A DNA stretch of 64,000 nt from TPA_inf: Saccharomyces (Eukaryota): positions 544,001 to 608,000 of the forward strand of contig BK006947.3 in NCBI GenBank assembly GCA_000146045.2, in the 5' to 3' direction. Positions 44,263-55,935 of this stretch are shown here, piece by piece (position 1 is the first letter of the stretch; every line of letters starts with the position of its first letter). A program made the position numbers and the translations under genes. The notes below the pieces were generated by a model. That model made no database searches, was not told the DNA's origin, and saw only the letters and a list, made by a program, of their open reading frames with translations.

Positions 44263-47160
44263 TCATGTATTATTATCCATTACAGGACTATCCTCTTGAA
44301 TTACGGGCGTATCCAACCTTCTTTCAAGTTCTTCTTCAGTTGAACACAACGAAATGGAATCGGCCAAAAATGCCTCTTTGGCCATAAAATCGAAGTGTCC
44401 AACCAAAAGCTCCATGTCACGTTCGGTATTCACGGATGCTGTTTCGTAATTTTCAGGATACACTAGTGCTGTTTTGCCATCATCAAGGATTAGGTATTGA
44501 GGATTCACTACTAACGTATGCTTGAGATGTGGTTCAAAAAATCTCCTTAGATCTTCGGCAGTATTTCCAGCAACCAAATTTTGAACCAAAAAACCATTTT
44601 TCTTAGCCACCTCTACTTTAGGTTCCGTATCTTGAACCTCGAAGTTGATTAGTTTAGCTGTGGTGCGAGCTTGAAATTCTTGTGCTTTCCTTTCCTTCTG
44701 CAATTGTTTAAATGATTCATATAGTGGGTAAGCTTCTGCTAATGATAAGACTGGTTTATTGCTTGCGCCATTATCTTCTTTCTTAATAAATACAGATCTC
44801 ATGGGCTCTCTGTCCTGAGACTCGGAATATAGGCCGTAAGCTTTGGCTAGTTCACGGATGAAGTGGCGTTGAGGAGGCCTCATAGGTTTGAAATGCAAGC
44901 TTGAACGTGTTTTATCGTCCATTAATTTATTAAGAATAGCTTCAATTTGTGAACACCATCTTTCTTGCTTTGAATATACTGATAATGCTGCCTCTGTAAA
45001 CGGTAACTGCAGTTCTTCAAATGTTGTAGCAACAGAGACCAGTTTTTTTAACGCATCTAGTTCATTACTTGTAAAATTATTGGTTTCTTCCTTAATTCCA
45101 AATGCCTCCTTCAATTCCTTTAGTCGTTTCAAAGCTTCACATTCTTCATTGCAATCCAGCACGGAAGATTCAGTTACACTTACTCTATCACTTTTTGCGC
45201 CACAAGTAACACTTTTTTTGATCCTTCCACATTTACAATAAATTTTCACTAGCGTGGCACAAGGTAAATCGGGACACTCTGTCTTACCATGGCACGGTTT
45301 AGGACATTCATGATTACAATTGAGCCTTTTTTGCCCACAGGTCTGTTTACACACCTTTTGGCAATTTCCTGGTAAATGACATGTTTTTTGGCAGGTATGA
45401 TAACAGTAAGAGAGTGGTATCCCACATTTTATTCCACATGATACGTCTGTTTGAAAACAAACCGTTCTCACTTTAGTTTTCTTCCCACATTTACAAGGTT
45501 TAAATACGGTTTCCGTACATGGCGGGCACGACACATCCAAGGAATGACAGGTATGTGGCATTGGTTTATGACCACACGTAGATTCGCCACGCACAACTTT
45601 AATACATGGATGATTACATGTAGGTAGCTTCGTGCCACAACGCACGGGTGCAGGAACAACTGTATTGCCACATGGGCAGACCAGATCGTTCGAATCACTC
45701 TCTAAACAGGGCGGACACTTTCCTGGGTGACATTTTCTCTGACATTTATGAATTCCACATGATAGGGTCAAGTTACACGGTTTTAGGCAGATATGTTTTG
45801 CTTCCACAAGAGACTCATCCAACAAATCTTGCGTTCTGAACAAGTTTTTCTTCCTTCTTATCGCCGATGGCCTACCACTGCAGCACCTATCGGTGCATCT
45901 ATGTCTACGGCATGACATCAGGGATTCGCATTTAATATTGCAGCGAGGCCTTCCTTGAAATCCACATGGAACTGAAAATGTACTTTGCTCACAAGCACAT
46001 TTTACACTATCAATTTGCAAGCAGGGTTCCATACAGGCTTTATCATGACAAGTGAAGGGGCACGAATGTTTGCCACATTTTAGTGGTTTACCGCATCTTG
46101 AGTCGCAGGTTGGTATCGGATCATCACAATGCTTACGAGGCTTAGTCAGTTCCTCTAGGGCTGTCCGGCCACAGGGACAAGTTTTCAAAGAGCTAGGCAA
46201 AAATGGGCATGCCTTTTCTCCATTAATTGTGGGTGGGCTTATGCAAGATTCTATGAATGAATGCTTGCGACATGAGTAGTCGACAACTCTATTATCTGCA
46301 CAGGCAAACACGCCTATCCACCTGTTCCCATTTTCATCCTTCGACGACTTACCGGACTTGGGAAACTTTGTTTCACTACACTTTATGTTAGCACGAGTGT
46401 GGTTACCACAGTAGCATTTTATTTGCTTTTTCGGACTATCTTTACTAATTATCATTTCTGGACATGGCCCACATAAGCCAGGGTGGCATTTCTTTTTACA
46501 GGTGTGGATGGAGCAAGATAAAGGCAATCCACATACTTCTTGACAGTTGAAGTTTTTTTTCATAACTTTAGACTGGTAACAAAAGATACTTTTCGAATGC
46601 TTACCACAGTGGCACATAATCTCGACCATTCTAGTACACTCTGGATGCGGCCCTAGATGACAAATTTTGGAACAACCATGCATACAAGTAGAAGCATTGC
46701 AGGTTTGTCCACATGAGTTAGGATCCAGCGGATTCGGATCAGGATTAACAACTTTACCGCACCAACATGTGGGCCGATTTTTTACCGGAACTCTTTTGCT
46801 AACATAATAGCAGTTTGGACATTTCCATATTCTATCTACGGTTTTTTCCGTTGATTTTAACGCCCATTCTCTTATGCATCCGTAATCAAACACTCTATAA
46901 CATCTCTTGCAAGCAAACATTTGGCACGTATAATCCATCTCTACTGTACAAATCATACAAACATATGAGTCACCGCTAGAAATTTCCTGGATCGCACGTT
47001 CGTAATATTGCATATCATCATCACTTTCCTCTTCATACGAACTAGGCTGCTCGTTGGCGTCTTCAACACTCGAAATACACCCATCGCTTAGGTTGTGATG
47101 TCTATAAGTGTCACCGCCGTCTTGATTTTGCTCCAGGCCTAAAGACTCATGTTCGGTCAT
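44263..47160 (-). CDS. FAP1: NF-X1-type zinc-finger protein with an R3H domain.
   Basis: 965-aa ORF with a RING-like N-terminal Cys cluster followed by about 8 tandem NF-X1 Cys/His-rich repeats (C-x-C-x..-H-x-C-x3-C...). Confidence 0.85.
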   Translation of the reverse strand: MTEHESLGLEQNQDGGDTYRHHNLSDGCISSVEDANEQPSSYEEESDDDMQYYERAIQEISSGDSYVCMICTVEMDYTCQMFACKRCYRVFDYGCIREWALKSTEKTVDRIWKCPNCYYVSKRVPVKNRPTCWCGKVVNPDPNPLDPNSCGQTCNASTCMHGCSKICHLGPHPECTRMVEIMCHCGKHSKSIFCYQSKVMKKNFNCQEVCGLPLSCSIHTCKKKCHPGLCGPCPEMIISKDSPKKQIKCYCGNHTRANIKCSETKFPKSGKSSKDENGNRWIGVFACADNRVVDYSCRKHSFIESCISPPTINGEKACPFLPSSLKTCPCGRTALEELTKPRKHCDDPIPTCDSRCGKPLKCGKHSCPFTCHDKACMEPCLQIDSVKCACEQSTFSVPCGFQGRPRCNIKCESLMSCRRHRCTDRCCSGRPSAIRRKKNLFRTQDLLDESLVEAKHICLKPCNLTLSCGIHKCQRKCHPGKCPPCLESDSNDLVCPCGNTVVPAPVRCGTKLPTCNHPCIKVVRGESTCGHKPMPHTCHSLDVSCPPCTETVFKPCKCGKKTKVRTVCFQTDVSCGIKCGIPLSYCYHTCQKTCHLPGNCQKVCKQTCGQKRLNCNHECPKPCHGKTECPDLPCATLVKIYCKCGRIKKSVTCGAKSDRVSVTESSVLDCNEECEALKRLKELKEAFGIKEETNNFTSNELDALKKLVSVATTFEELQLPFTEAALSVYSKQERWCSQIEAILNKLMDDKTRSSLHFKPMRPPQRHFIRELAKAYGLYSESQDREPMRSVFIKKEDNGASNKPVLSLAEAYPLYESFKQLQKERKAQEFQARTTAKLINFEVQDTEPKVEVAKKNGFLVQNLVAGNTAEDLRRFFEPHLKHTLVVNPQYLILDDGKTALVYPENYETASVNTERDMELLVGHFDFMAKEAFLADSISLCSTEEELERRLDTPVIQEDSPVMDNNT

Positions 47161-47426
47161 TTGTAATGCCTACGACTGCAAATAGATTAGAGCAGTCTCG
47201 TCTCACGCTGTTTCACTTGGTTGTTGCCACTGTCGCAAGAAAGAACTTTTATATTTACGACCTTTTCACAGAGCTCATCGATAATTTTTATAATAGTATA
47301 TTACCCGAAAATCTTCCTTTATGTGCGGGATGTATAGATTATTGAAATGTCTTTTCCGTAGTACTACAGCAAAAATGCAATAATACATATCAGATATACA
47401 CATATATACATGAATGTTCTGAAAGT

Positions 47427-48899
47427 TTAATCTCTTTCAAAACAGACAGCAAAGAAACCAATACCACCGTCACTTTTTGGTAGTGCCCTGATACAACCCT
47501 CGGCAAGCTGTTGAGGGTCATAGGTGACTCCATCTCTAAAAACCTCTTCGAACTCTTCTACCTTGCCTCTTCTAGGCCAAGAAGGAATAACTTCTCTTTT
47601 TGGCGCTACTTTCCAACCCCATTCTCTAACTGACTTATCTAAAAGAAGGTCTATGACGACTCGTTCATTTTCTTCCGCATGAATGGAACATGTGCTGTAT
47701 ACTATTTTTTTAGCCGCTGGGAAACTCATTGCATGCTTTACCATCTGGAACTGAAATGAACTCAGCTTCGCTAACCTTGTCTGTAGTTCTTCCTTTGCTA
47801 TAAACTCCTCTTGCTCATCCGGCACAATGCCACCATCGTCATCTTTATCATCAATTTTCCTTCTATTAAATGAGTCAAAAAACTTACGACCAAATATACC
47901 GCTACCGGAGCAGCTCGGATCTACAATAAAACAAGTAACGTCCTTATATTTTTCAGGAGTAGCGAGCTTTGTAAAATCACCTACATTGACACTGATGTTG
48001 GGAGAACAGCCAGCTATCTTGATCATTTTTTGTAAAACTTTTGCTCTTTCAGGATCCTTCTCGAAAGCGTATATTCGAGTATTATTGTCCTTCGGTGGTT
48101 CGGGATATATATAAGAGGCCGTATGGGTAGTCTTATTACCTGGAGCAGAGCAGGAATCTATCACAATATCACTTGGTCCTGGATTCAAAATGTGGGCTGG
48201 AAAACAAGAAGCACGATCTTGAATGATAATCTTCCCATGCTTATAAAGCTCATGTGCTGTAATTTTGTCAGACGGATGAATTCCAAACAAGTTTGGAATA
48301 AACTCATCATAATAGATAGACCCAGGAACTAGTTCAGACCATTTGTCTACCTTTAAAGTAAACTTCTTCCTCAATTCGGCTAACACCGGCTCAGTCTCAC
48401 CATTTGGATGGCATTTTAATGGATTGATTCTAATCCATCTAACAGGAGGAAGGTCATTGGAAATATCCTCGCTTAATACCAACTCAGATAGCTCTCTTAC
48501 TTTCAATTTGAGTTTCAATTTGACCATTTCGCTATGCAATGGGCTCTTAAACTTCAAAACATAATCTTTGATGGGGTGTTTGCCCATTTGAATTCTTTTC
48601 TGCTTAGACAACAGCAAATCATGGCAAAGCAATAACAAAGTTAGCCTTGAAAAGAGTGGTTTGCCCTTTTTCTTGGGTATATCTTCCAATATGTGTGCCT
48701 TTTTCATCACTTTCTCCAAATATGGTTTATATTTCCAACACGAATCGAGAACTGCATAAATATGTTTTGGATTACTTTTCAGCTTATATCTTTTACAGCT
48801 TTTCAGTACCAGCGTCTGCATAGAGCCGGAAATCCTTTCTTTTGCAGCCTCCTTCTCAATATCTTCTAGCACCCATGTTGCATCCCTGTAGAAATTCAT
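47427..48899 (-). CDS. RCM1: NOP2/Sun-family rRNA (cytosine-5) methyltransferase.
   Basis: 490-aa ORF with the SAM-binding motif [10 protein letters not shown] and the catalytic Cys motifs DPSCSGSG and STCS. Confidence 0.85.
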
Positions 48900-49226
48900 G
48901 CTTTTTCGTAGCTAACTTCTCAGTGAAACACTTGGTGAAGAACCAGCTCTTCTCTTAACCTCATCGAATATTTTAGGCCAGTTTTTTTTTTCCTCACTTG
49001 CCATTTTCCCGCACCGTTTGGAAATCTCGAGGAAAATGCTTCTTTCCAAAAGTTTAATCAGGTCACTAATTAGGTAAATAGAGCTGGGAGGAAGCATATA
49101 CAGTGTTTCGTCTGTGGAAGGAACTTTTATTTTTCTTAAATGTTTTAATTTTTAGTGACCTAATTCACATAACAAAATATTGAGAAAGGGAAAGTTGAGC
49201 ACTGTAATACGCCGAACAGATTAAGC

Positions 49227-51347
49227 ATGGATTCTGTAATGGTTAAGAAAGAAGTACTGGAAAATCCAGACCATGATTTAAAAAGAAAGCTAGAAGAGAA
49301 CAAAGAAGAAGAGAATAGCCTCTCTACTACTTCTAAAAGTAAAAGGCAGGTTATTGTTCCCGTTTGCATGCCAAAAATCCATTATTCACCGCTGAAAACT
49401 GGTCTTTGCTATGACGTTAGAATGAGGTATCATGCAAAGATTTTCACATCGTACTTCGAGTACATTGATCCACATCCAGAGGACCCAAGAAGAATATATC
49501 GTATTTATAAAATACTAGCAGAGAATGGTCTGATTAACGACCCCACTTTAAGCGGCGTGGATGACCTTGGTGATTTAATGCTGAAGATACCTGTAAGAGC
49601 CGCAACCTCCGAAGAAATCTTGGAAGTTCATACAAAGGAACATTTAGAGTTTATTGAAAGCACAGAAAAAATGAGCCGAGAAGAGTTATTAAAAGAGACT
49701 GAAAAAGGTGATTCCGTATATTTCAATAATGATTCTTACGCGAGTGCTAGGCTGCCTTGTGGTGGCGCCATTGAAGCATGCAAGGCGGTTGTCGAGGGGC
49801 GTGTAAAAAACTCTCTAGCTGTCGTAAGACCACCTGGCCATCATGCAGAGCCTCAAGCTGCGGGTGGTTTTTGTCTCTTCAGTAATGTTGCTGTTGCTGC
49901 CAAGAATATCTTAAAGAACTACCCAGAAAGTGTAAGAAGGATAATGATTTTAGATTGGGATATTCATCATGGTAATGGCACACAAAAGTCATTCTATCAA
50001 GACGATCAGGTGCTATATGTGTCATTACACAGATTTGAAATGGGTAAATACTATCCTGGGACCATCCAAGGACAATATGATCAAACTGGTGAGGGTAAGG
50101 GTGAAGGATTCAATTGTAATATTACTTGGCCGGTCGGCGGTGTTGGTGATGCAGAATATATGTGGGCATTTGAACAGGTAGTTATGCCTATGGGGAGAGA
50201 ATTCAAGCCTGACTTGGTGATTATTTCTTCAGGGTTTGATGCCGCGGATGGTGATACTATCGGACAATGTCATGTCACCCCAAGTTGTTATGGACACATG
50301 ACACATATGTTAAAATCTCTAGCTAGAGGTAATCTTTGTGTAGTTTTGGAAGGTGGATATAACTTGGATGCGATTGCAAGAAGCGCTTTGAGTGTAGCAA
50401 AAGTACTAATAGGGGAGCCTCCTGATGAACTACCTGATCCATTAAGTGATCCCAAGCCTGAGGTCATAGAAATGATAGACAAAGTAATTCGGTTACAGTC
50501 CAAGTATTGGAACTGTTTTAGAAGGAGACATGCTAACTCCGGTTGTAATTTTAACGAACCTATTAACGACTCGATAATATCTAAAAATTTTCCTCTGCAG
50601 AAGGCTATTCGTCAACAACAGCAACACTATTTAAGCGACGAATTTAATTTCGTTACTTTACCGTTAGTAAGCATGGATTTACCAGATAATACAGTGCTAT
50701 GTACTCCAAACATTTCCGAATCTAACACTATAATTATAGTCGTTCATGATACTTCTGATATCTGGGCAAAGAGAAATGTTATTTCAGGTACAATTGACTT
50801 ATCCTCATCAGTTATCATTGATAATTCTCTAGACTTTATCAAATGGGGACTTGACAGGAAATACGGCATCATTGATGTAAATATACCTCTAACTCTGTTT
50901 GAACCTGACAATTACTCAGGAATGATTACATCCCAAGAAGTTCTAATATATTTATGGGATAACTACATCAAGTATTTTCCTTCTGTTGCCAAAATTGCTT
51001 TTATTGGAATAGGAGACTCATACTCAGGTATCGTACATCTGCTTGGTCACAGGGATACTAGGGCTGTTACTAAAACGGTAATTAATTTCTTGGGAGACAA
51101 GCAGTTAAAGCCACTAGTTCCTCTAGTAGATGAAACATTGAGTGAATGGTACTTCAAAAACTCACTTATATTTTCAAACAATAGCCACCAATGCTGGAAA
51201 GAAAATGAAAGCAGAAAACCAAGAAAAAAATTCGGTAGAGTTTTGAGATGTGATACGGACGGGTTAAACAATATAATTGAAGAAAGATTTGAAGAGGCTA
51301 CAGACTTTATACTGGATTCGTTTGAAGAATGGAGTGATGAAGAATGA
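49227..51347 (+). CDS. HDA1: Class II histone deacetylase catalytic subunit.
   Basis: 706-aa ORF with Arg/His-rich HDAC active-site motifs (RPPGHHAE, DWDIHHGNGT, GFD..DGD) and a C-terminal Arb2-like domain. Confidence 0.9.
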   Translation: MDSVMVKKEVLENPDHDLKRKLEENKEEENSLSTTSKSKRQVIVPVCMPKIHYSPLKTGLCYDVRMRYHAKIFTSYFEYIDPHPEDPRRIYRIYKILAENGLINDPTLSGVDDLGDLMLKIPVRAATSEEILEVHTKEHLEFIESTEKMSREELLKETEKGDSVYFNNDSYASARLPCGGAIEACKAVVEGRVKNSLAVVRPPGHHAEPQAAGGFCLFSNVAVAAKNILKNYPESVRRIMILDWDIHHGNGTQKSFYQDDQVLYVSLHRFEMGKYYPGTIQGQYDQTGEGKGEGFNCNITWPVGGVGDAEYMWAFEQVVMPMGREFKPDLVIISSGFDAADGDTIGQCHVTPSCYGHMTHMLKSLARGNLCVVLEGGYNLDAIARSALSVAKVLIGEPPDELPDPLSDPKPEVIEMIDKVIRLQSKYWNCFRRRHANSGCNFNEPINDSIISKNFPLQKAIRQQQQHYLSDEFNFVTLPLVSMDLPDNTVLCTPNISESNTIIIVVHDTSDIWAKRNVISGTIDLSSSVIIDNSLDFIKWGLDRKYGIIDVNIPLTLFEPDNYSGMITSQEVLIYLWDNYIKYFPSVAKIAFIGIGDSYSGIVHLLGHRDTRAVTKTVINFLGDKQLKPLVPLVDETLSEWYFKNSLIFSNNSHQCWKENESRKPRKKFGRVLRCDTDGLNNIIEERFEEATDFILDSFEEWSDEE

Positions 51348-51622
51348 GGAAAAACTGGCCATTAATAATTTTTTTTCGGCAACCTTCATGCCTTATGAAA
51401 GTTGAATAATAATAAAGTTGTTACAATGTTCATTGTATAATCCAATATATCTAAAATAGGAAAAAGAAATGAACAAATGCATTAAGCTGTGTTTTACTAA
51501 GTATTATGGGAAAACGTATACATTAAAGTGGATGCTTACATATATAACACATTGTAATAAAGGTTCTTTGAACATGTTACCAGCCTCTTCAGAGATCGAT
51601 CCGGTTCTGTTGAGCCAAATAC

Positions 51623-53539
51623 TCACTTATCCAAGGATAACTTTCGTCCCGCGAGGAGCAGTGGTTTTGGAGGAGGTTTAGGCTTTAAATGTGAAGGCTT
51701 AGGTGGTGGGGTAGGTTTTGTTTTTTTGTCTTTTGAAATCGGGCCACTTGATTTCAGCATTGTTGGCTTATCTATCTCCCCTTTCTCATGCAGCTTGACC
51801 TTGGACATTTTCCTAGCGTTGAATGACTCCTCAGAAGAGTTGAGTTTATCGATCATACGCTGTTGAATGGAGTTCTTCAAATTCTGCTTAGATACGTCCA
51901 AATCTTCATAAGATGGTTTGTTAAGATCGTCTTTGGAATTATCAATCGTATTAACGAATGTCGACTTAAAAGGTGAATTTTCGTGTTTCAAATTTACCTT
52001 TGTAGACGTTGGGGTGAAGCTAGTGCCTGGTAGGCTTGATGAAGTAAGAGATTCCTTTACGGATTGGTTTTTTTTTATGTTACCGCGTGTGGAATAAGAA
52101 CCTAGAGATCGAGTTTTCTTTAATTCATCTACGTCTCCAGAATAAGATTCATCTGAAGAGGAAGAAGAATCTTCGTACTGGGGTATTATGTTTTGTAGTG
52201 GAAAGTCTATTGAATTATTCTGCCTAAAAGTATGTGCTTCAGAGACAATTGCCTGCTTTAACTTGGTTGCGGAATTTGCCTTGAGTTCGTTGTCATTATT
52301 TGAAACACTACTCGCTAGCGGTTCAACAAGTGGAGGATCCAATGCGTGGTACATATTCTGTGATTTGTCAAAAAGTGGTTGAGAACCTTTGGCGGAATTA
52401 CTGAAGCTAGCGTCATATGCTATTTGTGATGGTTTTCTATTAGGATGCATTTGTGCTGTTGTAGTATTATCAGCCATGCTGATTTGAAATGTAGCGTTCG
52501 GCATCGTATTTTCCATGGTTGTGGGAGAGTTCAAGCTTAGAATATTTTGTGTTGCCGAAAGCTGATGAAGTTCGGTCAAATTCAAATGGCTACTGGGCGC
52601 CTGAACCACTTGTATGTCATTTATTGGACACGGAACATTTTGCATAATTGATATCCTCTTCAGTAGTTGATAAACGTTAGGCCTATGGCGCGGATCTTGA
52701 ACCAATATATCACGTATTAAGCCTTTCAACTGTTCACTGTAGTTCGGATACAATGGAAATTCAAACTTTCCGCTTAATATGGCAAGATCACCGCCCTTTT
52801 CAAACGGTGTTGTGTAATAGCAAAGCTTATATAGAAAAATACCCAGCGCCCATATATCCGACTTTTCATCTATCGGCAGACCGCGAAATGTATCAATCAT
52901 CTCTGGCGACCGGTACTGTGCAGTTGTGTTTTTCAAAATGTCTTGCTGAACATATGATAGCTCTTGTGAATTCCTAGGAGGCCTTATAATACCGCATACA
53001 GAACCAAAGTCACAAAGCTTGTACTCATTATTGGCTGAGATAAGAACATTTTCTATCTTTATATCACGGTGAATTAACGGAGGTTGCAAAGCATGCATAG
53101 CGGCAACTCCTTGAGTAACTTGGCTCATTATTTGCAAAATTTCAAATTCATGAAGCCTGTTTTGTAGCCTTGTGTTCATAAAATCAATGAGACCACCTCT
53201 TTCACAATATTCCATTAAGACGAATACTTCATACGAACCATTATGTAACATTGCCTTAGCTGCATGAGAATCAATGTAAGATACAACATACCTATTGTTT
53301 TTCAGCAACCTCATAGCATCTACTTCAGCTCTTAAAGTGTTTAGACTAGGTTTGTCTGGAACAATGACTCTTTTTAAGCATGCAACGCTTGAATTAGAAT
53401 GTGGGTCAGGTGGGTTGATTAACGCGGAATATACTTGAGCGAACCCACCGCTTGTTAGATATTTAATGATCTCAACCTGATGTGACCCAACTGTTAACTG
53501 TGTACCTACATTGTAAGTGCCAATTTGAGGTTGATTCAT
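51623..53539 (-). CDS. ARK1: Ark/Prk-family Ser/Thr kinase that regulates actin patches and endocytosis. It has a Pro-rich C-terminus.
   Basis: 638-aa ORF with an N-terminal kinase domain (VACLKRV, HRDIKIEN, DFGS) and a PPPKPxxLKPKPPPKP tail. Confidence 0.85.
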   Translation of the reverse strand: MNQPQIGTYNVGTQLTVGSHQVEIIKYLTSGGFAQVYSALINPPDPHSNSSVACLKRVIVPDKPSLNTLRAEVDAMRLLKNNRYVVSYIDSHAAKAMLHNGSYEVFVLMEYCERGGLIDFMNTRLQNRLHEFEILQIMSQVTQGVAAMHALQPPLIHRDIKIENVLISANNEYKLCDFGSVCGIIRPPRNSQELSYVQQDILKNTTAQYRSPEMIDTFRGLPIDEKSDIWALGIFLYKLCYYTTPFEKGGDLAILSGKFEFPLYPNYSEQLKGLIRDILVQDPRHRPNVYQLLKRISIMQNVPCPINDIQVVQAPSSHLNLTELHQLSATQNILSLNSPTTMENTMPNATFQISMADNTTTAQMHPNRKPSQIAYDASFSNSAKGSQPLFDKSQNMYHALDPPLVEPLASSVSNNDNELKANSATKLKQAIVSEAHTFRQNNSIDFPLQNIIPQYEDSSSSSDESYSGDVDELKKTRSLGSYSTRGNIKKNQSVKESLTSSSLPGTSFTPTSTKVNLKHENSPFKSTFVNTIDNSKDDLNKPSYEDLDVSKQNLKNSIQQRMIDKLNSSEESFNARKMSKVKLHEKGEIDKPTMLKSSGPISKDKKTKPTPPPKPSHLKPKPPPKPLLLAGRKLSLDK

Positions 53540-54375
53540 GTTGATTTATCTGGTTGCTTAAAATACCTAATTATGCAGAGTAATATTTCTTTCTCAGGGA
53601 AAGAAGTTGGCAAAGAAAATATAGGACCACGAAGGAGAAACAATTAGCACTTTTAGGATGTTTCCTTGGCCTATTCTTATTTTATTATCATGAAAAAATT
53701 ATTTTTTCTGCACGTTGATTTACCAAAAGAATAGTTAAATCAACAAGGCTTAGAATTCGGACCCTATTGCTGCGAGGCGAAAGAGGGCTATGCATAAACA
53801 TGAGTTCGAAATAACCCGTAAATCATAAACAAACCTAAATAAGCCGTGGTTAGCGGCCTTTTTTCGTTATTACCCCAAGATAAATGTGCAGCTCTTGTAA
53901 GCTCAGCATACATACTTGTTGAGTGTGTCAGGAACTGTTTTCAGGAACCCAAGGTTGAAGTGTTAAAATTAAGAAGCTGGATTGTGCTCTCCATATTAAA
54001 TGAAGCGTAGTTACAAATCGTTGGCATGGAGAAGTTTGCCTCGTGTTTACATTTACAATACTAAATAGTTGTACTGAGGTTTGACGAATATAAGGGAGTA
54101 AGGAGCGCATCGTGTTTCTCTCTTCAAGTTAATACTATGGAGACCTTGGCCATTTGAAAGTACTATAAAAAGCCACTGAAGTAGTATCATTCCCGGCTGC
54201 TTCCAAGTTGGCGAGCCGCAAGACTCAATGCCGCTGTATATTTTTACTGGGAAACAGGTTTGAGTGTTCACAGATTGAAATTTTTATTAAGACCTATTAA
54301 GTGAAATACTGACAGATACTATGTACATGTAGGGGTAAGTTGGTGTATGGTGTGTACAGCCAGGAGCAGCTCCAT

Positions 54376-55230
54376 CTATAGCAAGCTTGAAGAGTACATA
54401 TGGACGCTTAGTAACGTCTGGTTAGGCCGGTCTCTCGATAAAACCGCGAACCCGTTTCTTTCCCCCTGCCAGTCCTCTCTGTTAAGAGTTGAAGCCAGTT
54501 TAGTGATGCCGCCCAGTACTTCTATCGTATAATCTCCAAAAAGTGTGTATAGTTCGCTTACAGAGGGCATTTTCGATGAAATATCCGCGAACCCCAAGGC
54601 GCTCACTGATCCAGCATCTAAAATCGAAATACTCCCATGGTTGTGGTGGGATAGCGAGTCCAGAGTGTACTGGTCAAAGCATATCTCTGTAGACAAATCG
54701 TGGAATGGCACTATCGAGTTTTCTCCGACGGTCATGAGTAGACATTTCTGCCGGTTGCTTCCTTCGAACGGGTACACTAGTTTCTGAGTGATATCCATTT
54801 TAGTAAAAGCTTTCCCGACACCCTTTCCGAAGATTCTGCCGACCATTTCCCCAAATCCCAGTCCTACCATTTTTTCCATATCAGCATCGCTATTCAGCTT
54901 ATTTTCCTGCAGATACTTCAGAAGATAGCCCCAAGCGGTGAGTAGTAGGACAATAAAGTTCAGCGCACAAGAAGTTATTTTCAAAGGACCCTTCCACTTA
55001 AATGGTGCGCAGTTGAAAAGAAACTGCATGGTTTGAATTATGTTAGTAGCAGTATTCAAAGCGGTTTCCGCTTTGTTTTGTGGTTGCGGTGCGGCAGTCA
55101 CAGTTGTGATTTCGGTGATTGTTGACGTAGTAAATACAGTTGTTACATCGACCGAGTGACAAAGTACGGTTAGGGAGGTAACCAACGCAAGGAAAAGGAC
55201 GGTTGTCCTTGATTCTCTGGAGTAAAGCAT
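54376..55230 (-). CDS. Paralog of the 28999-29853 ORF, a signal-peptide-bearing protein of unknown function.
   Basis: Near-identical 284/288-aa product, for example F-to-S at HDLFTEICF/HDLSTEICF. The position corresponds to YNL019C. Confidence 0.7.
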   Translation of the reverse strand: MLYSRESRTTVLFLALVTSLTVLCHSVDVTTVFTTSTITEITTVTAAPQPQNKAETALNTATNIIQTMQFLFNCAPFKWKGPLKITSCALNFIVLLLTAWGYLLKYLQENKLNSDADMEKMVGLGFGEMVGRIFGKGVGKAFTKMDITQKLVYPFEGSNRQKCLLMTVGENSIVPFHDLSTEICFDQYTLDSLSHHNHGSISILDAGSVSALGFADISSKMPSVSELYTLFGDYTIEVLGGITKLASTLNREDWQGERNGFAVLSRDRPNQTLLSVHMYSSSLL

Positions 55231-55935
55231 AATCTCGCGCACGCTCTTGCTATTGACAGCCTCGTTGTATCAACTTGTGTTTAGGAAAGGAGGCAGAATA
55301 AAGATTAAAAATGGAAGAAAAGACTCAATGGTTCCAGCGAAACAAAGATGTTTGAAAAAAAAAATAATTCAGAAACGAGTCTCTTGTCAGGAAAGCAGTG
55401 TCAGGAAAACAGTGTCTGTTCTATAGTTTGTGTTGTGTCCTTCAAGCACTTTTGGTGTTAAAAAACCTTGCTAAAGTTTTGTACAGGTTTATACCGTTGT
55501 GCAAAAACTGCTGCTAGGATAACTGAACAGTTGTTTCTGTGGCAGATGTTGTGAATAGGCGCCTTTATTTTAAGGGTCCAGTGATCCGCGATGTGAATAA
55601 ATACGCGCGCCTCTCTCGAAGGAACCTTCTGGGGCTGCTTCTGTCGATAAGAAAGCTTGGCAAAGGCCTTACTTGGCATTTAAGTAAAGCCTTTGCTTTA
55701 CTGCTTCTTTCCCGCCTTTTTGGTGCATTGGGTTAATTGATGAATATGCGTAAAATTTAAATCAGACTATGAAAACATATATAACAACTATTACAAGAGA
55801 GGTGGTAGTCTACTTGAAGAGGCGCGCCAGAAGAAAACGGTGGTAAGTACGAAGTTATGTGTAGACTAACTTGCTTGTTAAAAAGTATTTGGTCAGCCGT
55901 GCCAAACAGTTCGAACTATCAGAACTTCTGACGGT

